From Longimicrobiales bacterium (lineage in GTDB: Bacteria > Gemmatimonadota > Gemmatimonadetes > Longimicrobiales > Gaopeijiaceae), in the NCBI GenBank assembly GCA_965219445.1, contig CBDCNQ010000004.1:928001-992000 (forward strand): a stretch of 64,000 nt of DNA, written 5' to 3'. The translations under genes and the position numbers were made by a program. Below are positions 56,963-64,000 of the stretch, piece by piece. Each line of letters starts with the position of its first letter. Within the stretch, counting starts at the first letter, position 1. The notes under the pieces were generated by a model. The model ran no database searches and had not been told where the DNA came from. It saw only the letters and a program-made list of their open reading frames with translations.

Positions 56963-58027
56963 ATGTCTGCCGACACACTTGAATGTACCGAGCACGTCGA
57001 AGCCGCCGATCGGGCCGGCCTCCGTTACACGACGGACTCGGTCCGCGGAATAAGTCGCAAGCGCGTAGGCGACGGATTTATCTACGTCGCGGCGAACGGA
57101 ATCCCCGTCACGAGCGAACGGAAGCTCCGCCGCATCCGCGGACTCGCTATCCCGCCAGCGTGGACCGACGTGTGGATCTGCCCGCACGCGACAGGGCATC
57201 TCCAGGTCACCGCCCGCGACACGAAGGGGCGTAAGCAATACCGATACCACACGAAGTACCGCGCTGTCAGAGACGAGAGGAAGTTCAACCGGATGCTCGA
57301 TTTCAGCCAAGTGCTCCCGACGACACGTGAGCACGTCGAAGCGCACCTCCGGTTGCGCGGCCTCCCCCGTGAAAAAGTGCTGGCGACGGTCATTTGGTTA
57401 TTGGAGCGGACACTGATTCGCGTCGGAAACGCGGAGTACGCGAAGGAGAACGAGACCTTCGGCCTGACCACGATGCAGACCCGGCATGCCGAAGTGAGGG
57501 GGTCCCAGGTCATGTTCTCGTTTCGTGGAAAGAGCGGGAAGGACCACTCGGTCTCGGTCAGCGATCGCCGGCTCGCCCGGGTCATCCAGAGGTGCCACAC
57601 GCTGCCCGGAGAGGAGTTATTTCAATATGTCGACGAGAGTGGTTGTCTCCGTAACGTCGAGTCCGGCCATGTCAATGAGTATCTGCGGGCGGTCGCCGGT
57701 CTGGGCGTCTCCGCCAAGGACTTTCGCACGTGGGGTGGCACCATGCTTGCCGCGCAGCTCTTACGTGAGTTCGGTCCCGCCCACCGGGTGCGTCAGAGGG
57801 AGTCGAACATCGTGAGGGCGGTCGATCAGGTGGCAGAGCGGCTTGGCAACACGCGAACGGTCTGTCGTAAGTATTACATCCACCCGGTGGTTCTCGGCGC
57901 TTACCGGCGTGGTCGGGTTCTGCCACCGCTGGCCGAAAAGACCGAGATCGTACGCCGCAAGAACCAGCCGCGCCTTCGGCACCACGAGAGCGAGGTCATG
58001 CAGTTCATCCAGGAGAACCAAAGCTGA
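56963..58027 (+). CDS. DNA topoisomerase IB (bacterial/poxvirus-like)
   Basis: IPPAWTDVWIC, GRKQYRYH, IRVGN, FRGKSGK, KDFRTW and LGNTRTVCRKYY. Confidence 0.95.
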   Translation: MSADTLECTEHVEAADRAGLRYTTDSVRGISRKRVGDGFIYVAANGIPVTSERKLRRIRGLAIPPAWTDVWICPHATGHLQVTARDTKGRKQYRYHTKYRAVRDERKFNRMLDFSQVLPTTREHVEAHLRLRGLPREKVLATVIWLLERTLIRVGNAEYAKENETFGLTTMQTRHAEVRGSQVMFSFRGKSGKDHSVSVSDRRLARVIQRCHTLPGEELFQYVDESGCLRNVESGHVNEYLRAVAGLGVSAKDFRTWGGTMLAAQLLREFGPAHRVRQRESNIVRAVDQVAERLGNTRTVCRKYYIHPVVLGAYRRGRVLPPLAEKTEIVRRKNQPRLRHHESEVMQFIQENQS

Positions 58028-58217
58028 AGAAGGTGTGAGACGATCATGCGCGCGCTGTGGTATTGAGGATGACCAGAAAGCATGACCGGCCCCGAGAGAC
58101 TTAGGGTCGCCGCTGCTGAATCGCGAGCACCGCACTGGGATCGACGGGCAATCCTCACCCCTGTGCCCCCGTTCGGCCTTTAGAGGCAGGAGAATTCCAC
58201 ACGTCGCCGACGCTGCT

Positions 58218-59735
58218 TTATTGTTCGACTTGTGGTACGGCCTCCAGTAGCAGCTCGAATGCTCGGTTCAGTGCCTGGCCACCGGCTCGTGCGCCCGTGT
58301 ACTTACCCAGCCGCACCACCACGAGTTGATGCGTTGGGATCATGGTGGCGCTCTGCCCTCCGGCCCCTCGCATGCCGTACGCGCTCTCAGGTAGTGGCCA
58401 GCCGCCGTCGCCGTTCACCCACGTGAAGGCGCCGCCGTATCGGGGGCGCCCGTCGGCGACCCAGGCTGGCGCGAGCGTCGTCGCGTATTCGACATACCCC
58501 TCAGGCAGAATCCGCTCTCCGTTCCACACACCATCTTGGAGATAGAGATTTCCCAGCCTCGCCCAGTCTCGGGCTGGAAGGAACTCGTACCCTTGAGCCA
58601 AGAAATTTCCGTATGGGTCGGTCTCGATGATCGCGTCGCGAATCCCGATCTTGTCGAACAGGTTCCTCTGTGGGAACGAGTGATAGTCCTCCCCTCTCCC
58701 CTCCACCGCCAATCGGATGAGATAGTTGGCGAGCACCGGATCGCTGTTCCGGTACCTGCCCACGGTGTTCGGCTCCCACTCCTGGGGCCGAGTCGCCGCC
58801 CACTCGAATGAGTTCACACTGCCCGTGTAGAGATAGAGATGGTCTGCGTACCCGATTGAGGGATCGAAGTCGGGGTCCTGTGGGGCGCGGATCCGGATCC
58901 CACTCGACATCCTCATGATGTCGCCGATGCGGATAGCCTGCCGGGGGTCCCCAGCCGACTGCCACTCGGGAATGGGCGCCGGCTGCCAGAGCTCGTACGC
59001 GCCCTGCTCAATGAGCACGCCCATGAGGGCGCCCGTCAGGCTCTTTGCCATGGACCAACCCTCGAGCGGCGAATGCATGTCGACCTCGGGCCCATAACGT
59101 TCGCCGAGGATTCTTCCTTTGTACGTAACGACCAGGGCGAGGGTACGAGCTTCCGGCGGACCGAACCCCGCGTCGAGCACCTCCTCGACCTTGGTCATGT
59201 CCACCTCTTCGGGCCATGGCTCATCGGTGAGTACGTCCCCCATGGGCCACGGCGTTGACGCGGCAGGCGGAAGCTTCCGCTCTACCTCTGTCGGCGTGAA
59301 GCGCACGGAATCCTCGCCGATGGCGTGCGTCACGCATCCCTGGTTCTTGTACCTCTTCGCGGTGCGAATGACGCCGTCCGGCAAGGTCAGACTCACCTGT
59401 TGACGCTGGAAATCGACTAGCGTGTCCACCACGTGTCGCCGTTCCTCGAACGGGCTCGTGAAGCCGCCCACGTTTGCCGCTGCATCGTTGGGGTCGAGAC
59501 CCGTGATGAACACGGCCGAGCACAGGGTCTTCGCGAAGCCGGATGTATAGTGGTGGAGCGCCTGGCCGGGGGGTGGAACGTAGTCGGTGTCCAGTTCGAG
59601 CGACGCAGCCCGACCGATAAGGGCCGCACGGGCATCGTCGGAGCCGGCCTCAGACTGACTTTCAGGGCCGGCACATGCGAGCAACCCGAGAAGGGCGACC
59701 GAGATGAGAAACTGTCGGTGCGAGGCCGGGTGCAT
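58218..59735 (-). CDS. Serine hydrolase (beta-lactamase-related) lipoprotein
   Basis: AGGAGG RBS, lipobox LLAC, SMAK (SxxK), YRN and GAGGQ. Confidence 0.9.
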   Translation of the reverse strand: MHPASHRQFLISVALLGLLACAGPESQSEAGSDDARAALIGRAASLELDTDYVPPPGQALHHYTSGFAKTLCSAVFITGLDPNDAAANVGGFTSPFEERRHVVDTLVDFQRQQVSLTLPDGVIRTAKRYKNQGCVTHAIGEDSVRFTPTEVERKLPPAASTPWPMGDVLTDEPWPEEVDMTKVEEVLDAGFGPPEARTLALVVTYKGRILGERYGPEVDMHSPLEGWSMAKSLTGALMGVLIEQGAYELWQPAPIPEWQSAGDPRQAIRIGDIMRMSSGIRIRAPQDPDFDPSIGYADHLYLYTGSVNSFEWAATRPQEWEPNTVGRYRNSDPVLANYLIRLAVEGRGEDYHSFPQRNLFDKIGIRDAIIETDPYGNFLAQGYEFLPARDWARLGNLYLQDGVWNGERILPEGYVEYATTLAPAWVADGRPRYGGAFTWVNGDGGWPLPESAYGMRGAGGQSATMIPTHQLVVVRLGKYTGARAGGQALNRAFELLLEAVPQVEQ

Positions 59736-59808
59736 GACCATCCTCCTGTTCGGGTTCGCCGGTAGCGTACGGTCGGCGCTCGCCGCTGGCAATCTGCCCG
59801 GCCTCAGC

Positions 59809-62394
59809 TCAGTTCCGGTTGCTTCCTCCGATCGGATCACCGGCAAGCATCTGCAGCTGCGGTCCGGGCACGGTGTTCTCGATGCGCGCCTGCCAGCGGC
59901 GAATGTCCGCGGCCACGAGCCGCTGGTGCGGCGACGGTGCCGACGTGCTCTCGATGCCCTCCGCGAGCCTATCGAGGCGATCGGACAGAACGGCACGGAC
60001 CTCGGCAGGGTTACCGGCACTGCTCGCTTGCTGCATCATCCGATCGGCCACCGAGCGCTGAACGCCATGGATGACGCGCTGGCGGTATTCGTCCGCCGCC
60101 GGGGGCGAGTCCCAGGTGGCCTCGATCAGCCGATCGGCGACCTCCTCCAGGTCGGGATAGTCCCCCATGCTCCCGAAGACGACCAGCCGGGCCATCCGCT
60201 GCGGGTGGAGGATTTCCCCGACAGAGAAGTTGGCCGCGGCCTCAGCGGCTGCCAGGGGATCGAAGAGGAGCTCGGTATGACCGGGGAAGGCCTCGCCTTC
60301 ACCATGCCGGAAGGCCGCTGGCGGGATCAGGGACACGATGTCCTCCGGGAGCGCCAGGAAGTCGACCGTAAGGGTGGACAGGATGGTCTCTAGGGCGTCG
60401 CGCTGCGCCTCTCCGGGAACGATCGTGAAGGGGCTCTGGCCGTCTCCTTTCACCGCGTTCCGGTAGTCTGCACCCCCGAGGCTCTGGGCCGCCGAGCGGA
60501 GCTGAAAGCGGTGATGCATGTACAGAGGGAGCAACACGTACTCCAGATTCGAAAGTGGCTCGCCCGTCCGAATCGCATTCACCCCGAACCGTTCGAGCCC
60601 GATCTCGCGCACGTGGATCTCGAGCTTGAGGTGGTCGACGAGGTTCGCGCCGTTGTCCCAGACGCTCGCATACTGGTGACCTGCCCCGATGAAGTTGTTG
60701 TTGGTGTGCCCCATGTAGATGAGGCCGTCCTCGACCCCCTGCTGAGCGATCTGGGCTAGCGAACCGACTTCATCCGCGCCGGTCGGAAATTCACGATAGA
60801 GCCAGTTCACGGAGAGCTTGTCGTACTCTCCGATCCGCTGCAGGTAGGCGTTGGACAGATCGAGGCTGCCATCCTCATCGATCTCGACTAGCGGTGCGGG
60901 ATAGTCCATCACGCTCTCCCGTCCGTAGCTGCTCGCAATATAGTTGTGAGGAAATCCGAGCGTATGGCCGACCTCGTGGGCCGAGAGCTGACGGACCCGC
61001 GCCAGCGCCATCTCTACCGCCTCCGATTCGTCCACCACCTGAGCCAGGTATTCGAAGTTCGGCGCCCCGGCCAGCTCGCCCCCCTCGTAGTAGGCACCGC
61101 TTCTGTCCCGGCCCGCAGTGAAATCGAAGTACCCGCCGCCACCCGCCGAGGAGATCCCTTCGGGAAAGGGGGCCACCATACCCTGGCCGTGAAGGTAGTC
61201 CTGCCTCAGCCGAAGGCTCCCGAGGTTTACCACCCCACGCACGATCTCACCTGTGCGCGGGTCCGCCACCGTGTTCCCGTAGGAGTAGCCACGGGTTCGG
61301 CGGTGGGTCCAGTGGATCATGTTGTAGCGGATGTCCTGTGGATCCACGCCTTCGGGCAGCACCTCGACCCGGAAGGCGTCGATGAATCCCGCGGCCTCGA
61401 AGGCCTCGTTCCACCAGCTCGCCCCGTCGATCAACGCGCTGCGAATCGGCTCGGGTGTGCCCGGATCCACGTAATAGACGATGGGCTCGACGGGCTCGGA
61501 CGGCCCGGGCCCGGGATTGCGCTTCTGCAAGCGATGGCGCGCCGCCCATCTCTGGCGCGTGTCCTCGTCGATGGGGGTAGCGTAGTCGTACACGGTGGGA
61601 CCGTTCACTCCTACCCTCGGGTCCGCTGTGCGGGTGCGATAGCCGTCATCGGGTAGCCGGATGAAGGAGTGGTGCTGGCGCAGTGTTATGGCTCCGCCGG
61701 TCGCGGCTACGCCCCGAACCAATCCGCCCGGCTCGGCACTCGTGAACGTGAGGATGGCCTCGACCTCGGTATTTTCCGGGAACGACCGAGTCGCGGGCAA
61801 GTGGATCGCACTCCGGGACCGGTCGAGCTCAAAGCGACCCTGGTTCCGCTGCGCGATCTGCTCTATGACGCCGCGGGCGTCACGAAGGAAGAACTCCGTC
61901 GCATCCACCAGAACCCGGTCTCCGGTCTCGGCAACGATGTCGAAACCCCAGTGCACCGAGGGTGCGAAGGCATCTCGCACCGCTTGAGCTTCCGTCGGGT
62001 TGTCGCTGCGCGCCCGGAACCGGTAGTTGGGCTCCATGAGGAGTACGCGGGGACCGATGCGCCTCGGCTCCAGAACGTGCGTGCCCGAGAGCTGACCCCT
62101 GTCGATGCCGACCGGATTGCTTCCGAGTCCCGAGCCCATGGAGATCTGATAGAGGAACTCGCTACCCGGCTCGTCGATCTCCCAGTACAGAGACCCGCTG
62201 GAATCCTCCCAGTAGAGGGAGAAGAACCCTTCCATGCGATCGGCGTTCTGGGTCTTTTCTTCGATGCTGGGCAGTGGGCCTTCCTGTGACAGGGCCGAGG
62301 GTGCGAAGCCGGCGGAGGCCGCCACACTGAGAGCCGTGACTGCTGCGAGCCGGCCGAGCCCGCCGGCAGCCCGCCAGATGGATGAACAGGACAT
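59809..62394 (-). CDS. Exported zinc-dependent metalloprotease (metzincin; DUF5117/DUF4953 type)
   Basis: HEVGHTLGFPHN, SVMDY Met-turn, EPIVYYVD and DPRTGEI. Confidence 0.9.
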   Translation of the reverse strand: MSCSSIWRAAGGLGRLAAVTALSVAASAGFAPSALSQEGPLPSIEEKTQNADRMEGFFSLYWEDSSGSLYWEIDEPGSEFLYQISMGSGLGSNPVGIDRGQLSGTHVLEPRRIGPRVLLMEPNYRFRARSDNPTEAQAVRDAFAPSVHWGFDIVAETGDRVLVDATEFFLRDARGVIEQIAQRNQGRFELDRSRSAIHLPATRSFPENTEVEAILTFTSAEPGGLVRGVAATGGAITLRQHHSFIRLPDDGYRTRTADPRVGVNGPTVYDYATPIDEDTRQRWAARHRLQKRNPGPGPSEPVEPIVYYVDPGTPEPIRSALIDGASWWNEAFEAAGFIDAFRVEVLPEGVDPQDIRYNMIHWTHRRTRGYSYGNTVADPRTGEIVRGVVNLGSLRLRQDYLHGQGMVAPFPEGISSAGGGGYFDFTAGRDRSGAYYEGGELAGAPNFEYLAQVVDESEAVEMALARVRQLSAHEVGHTLGFPHNYIASSYGRESVMDYPAPLVEIDEDGSLDLSNAYLQRIGEYDKLSVNWLYREFPTGADEVGSLAQIAQQGVEDGLIYMGHTNNNFIGAGHQYASVWDNGANLVDHLKLEIHVREIGLERFGVNAIRTGEPLSNLEYVLLPLYMHHRFQLRSAAQSLGGADYRNAVKGDGQSPFTIVPGEAQRDALETILSTLTVDFLALPEDIVSLIPPAAFRHGEGEAFPGHTELLFDPLAAAEAAANFSVGEILHPQRMARLVVFGSMGDYPDLEEVADRLIEATWDSPPAADEYRQRVIHGVQRSVADRMMQQASSAGNPAEVRAVLSDRLDRLAEGIESTSAPSPHQRLVAADIRRWQARIENTVPGPQLQMLAGDPIGGSNRN

Positions 62395-62606
62395 GGGATC
62401 ACCTCGTTTTGGAGTCGATTCCGGAGGGCCCGACTTTCTCGGAGCACGACCAGGTTAGTCGCGCCCAATCTGCCGTGAGCGGGAAACCGGGCGCAAGCAG
62501 GAACCAGGGCCCGGGGCCGGGCCACGCTGGAGCGAGTAGAGCACGGCCGTCCTCGTCTCTGCGCCCTCCTTGCCGCCCAACACCCCTTCGACGCATCTTG
62601 TCGGCC

Positions 62607-62684
62607 ATGTCCATTCCCGTTATCCCCTTAAACGCCGCCCTGGAGGGCCGCTACCACCCGGGAATGGGGGAGCCTCTCGCTTGA
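62607..62684 (+). other. 25-codon mini-ORF homologous to the kinase N-terminus
   Basis: MSIPVIPLNAALEGRYHPGMGEPLA*. Preceded by TTGCCG-N18-CATCTT ending 7 nt before the ATG, which could be a leaderless promoter. Confidence 0.75.
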
Positions 62685-62786
62685 CCCATACCGATCGAGG
62701 CGCCAGCGGTCTGTGCCAGGAGCTCGAGCGCCGACGATCCGACAACCCCTCCCGACCCCACAGGAGTACTGCACCGGAATGACCAA

Positions 62787-64000
62787 ATGATACGTATCAC
62801 GTTCATCGTCCCCCTCGCGATGCTTTTCTCGGCTTCGATGGTCTCTGGGCAAAACGCCGGCCGGGTCGGGCAAGCGACGTTTGCCGACGAAGCCCCGACG
62901 ATCGACGGGTTCATCGATGATGCGGTTTGGGCACGGGCTGAGCCCTTCACCGGATTCGTTCAGCAGATGCCCATCGAGGGTAGTCCCGCGACGGAGAAGA
63001 CCGAGGTTCGGATCCTCTACGACGAAAGCGCGATTTTCATCGGAGTGATCCTCTACGACAGTGAGCCCGACGAAATCTTGGTCACGGACAGTCGTCGTGA
63101 CTCCGGGCTGGGCGGCATGGACTCGTTCCAGATCATCTTCGACACCTACCATGATCGCCAGAATGGATTTGTTTTCGGGACCAACCCCGCGGGCATCGAG
63201 TACGACGGCCAGGTCACGAACGAGGGTGGGGGCATGAGCGGTGGCAACCGAGCTACTGCGAATGTGGGCTCGGGAGCGGGCTTCAATCGAAACTGGGATG
63301 CCAGTTGGACGGTGCGCACTCGAGTGACCGAAGTGGGTTGGACGGCCGAGTTCGAGATTCCGCTCATCAGCCTTCGCTACGGCGCGAGGCCCCAGGTTTG
63401 GGGAGTGAATTTCCAGCGTAACATCAGTCGCAGCCGCGAGCAGCTTTTCTGGGCCCCCATCGGGCAGGTCTATAACCTCCACCGGCTCTCGCAAGCGGGA
63501 GAGCTCCACGGCCTCGAGCTGGAGGAGCCGCGAAATCTCAAGGTCACGCCCTACGCGGTGGGCTCGGCCTCCCGCGAATATACGAACCCCCTGGAGACCG
63601 AGCCCGACTACAATGGCGATTTCGGTATCGATGTGAAGTACGGCGTGACGCCGAGTCTGACCTTGGATCTCACGTATAACACCGACTTCGCCCAGGTCGA
63701 AGTCGATGAGCAGGTGATCAACCTGACGCGCTTCAACGTTCGCTTTCCCGAGAAGCGACCGTTCTTTCTCGAGAACGCGGGCCAGTTCACGGCGGGCAAG
63801 CCCGGGGTCGACCTCTTCTTCAGCCGGCGGATCGGCGTCGACGCGGCGACGAGGGCCGCAGTCCCGATCCTCGGTGGCGCCCGCATGAGTGGAAGGGCTG
63901 GCGCCTTCAACCTCGGCTTCCTCACCATGCAGACCGATCGTCTTCTGGCCGACGAGCGTCTCGGGGATCCGCGGGCGGTACTCACGCCATACAACAACTA
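62787..64000 (+). CDS. DUF5916 domain protein (3' end runs off the window)
   Basis: Not in the ORF track because there is no stop. Manual translation gives a signal peptide, PTIDGFIDDAVW, TEVRILYD, WTAEFEIP and NTDFAQVEVD...PEKRPFFLE. The start could be ATG 62779 if one A is missing at 62785-62787. Confidence 0.85.
   Translation, partial: MIRITFIVPLAMLFSASMVSGQNAGRVGQATFADEAPTIDGFIDDAVWARAEPFTGFVQQMPIEGSPATEKTEVRILYDESAIFIGVILYDSEPDEILVTDSRRDSGLGGMDSFQIIFDTYHDRQNGFVFGTNPAGIEYDGQVTNEGGGMSGGNRATANVGSGAGFNRNWDASWTVRTRVTEVGWTAEFEIPLISLRYGARPQVWGVNFQRNISRSREQLFWAPIGQVYNLHRLSQAGELHGLELEEPRNLKVTPYAVGSASREYTNPLETEPDYNGDFGIDVKYGVTPSLTLDLTYNTDFAQVEVDEQVINLTRFNVRFPEKRPFFLENAGQFTAGKPGVDLFFSRRIGVDAATRAAVPILGGARMSGRAGAFNLGFLTMQTDRLLADERLGDPRAVLTPYNN

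Noticed and set aside
56963..58027. Topoisomerase IB considered as the recombinase behind the gene scars
   Set aside because: It shares the tyrosine-recombinase fold, but its motifs are those of an ordinary TopIB. I saw no att-like sites or other link to the scars.
1..64000. Numerous long antisense or alternate-frame ORFs (for example 8525-9814, 27572-28819, 43721-45196, 62628-63509)
   Set aside because: They overlap well-supported genes, are Arg/Pro/Gly-rich with no motifs, and are expected in high-GC DNA.

Overview
GC-rich, gene-dense bacterial DNA. The lineage is probably Gemmatimonadota (inferred from the 'MSDPIARINVALEGRY' Hanks-kinase family and three DUF5916 paralogs). I saw no rRNA, tRNA, CRISPR array, integrase or transposase. 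The window is a mosaic of about 50 genes, mostly for exported proteins: four PQQ-type dehydrogenases, three DUF5916 outer-membrane-type proteins, many hydrolases with signal peptides, a DUF1592-DUF1552-ankyrin-NHL operon, copCD, a vapBC-type toxin-antitoxin pair, a sigma54-type minor-pilin operon and topoisomerase IB. Two observations stand out. (1) A cytochrome-c-fused PHM-like copper monooxygenase retains all six Cu-ligand positions and is flanked by two PAL-like NHL lipoproteins that retain the catalytic residues, making a candidate bacterial PAM-like amidation system. (2) At least three intergenic remnants of the kinase gene's 5' end sit at junctions between unrelated modules, and several other truncated genes occur in the window, suggesting kinase-anchored gene shuffling. 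Five single-base frameshifts at short homopolymers are probably long-read errors. All family calls come from motif recognition by eye; no database search was run.
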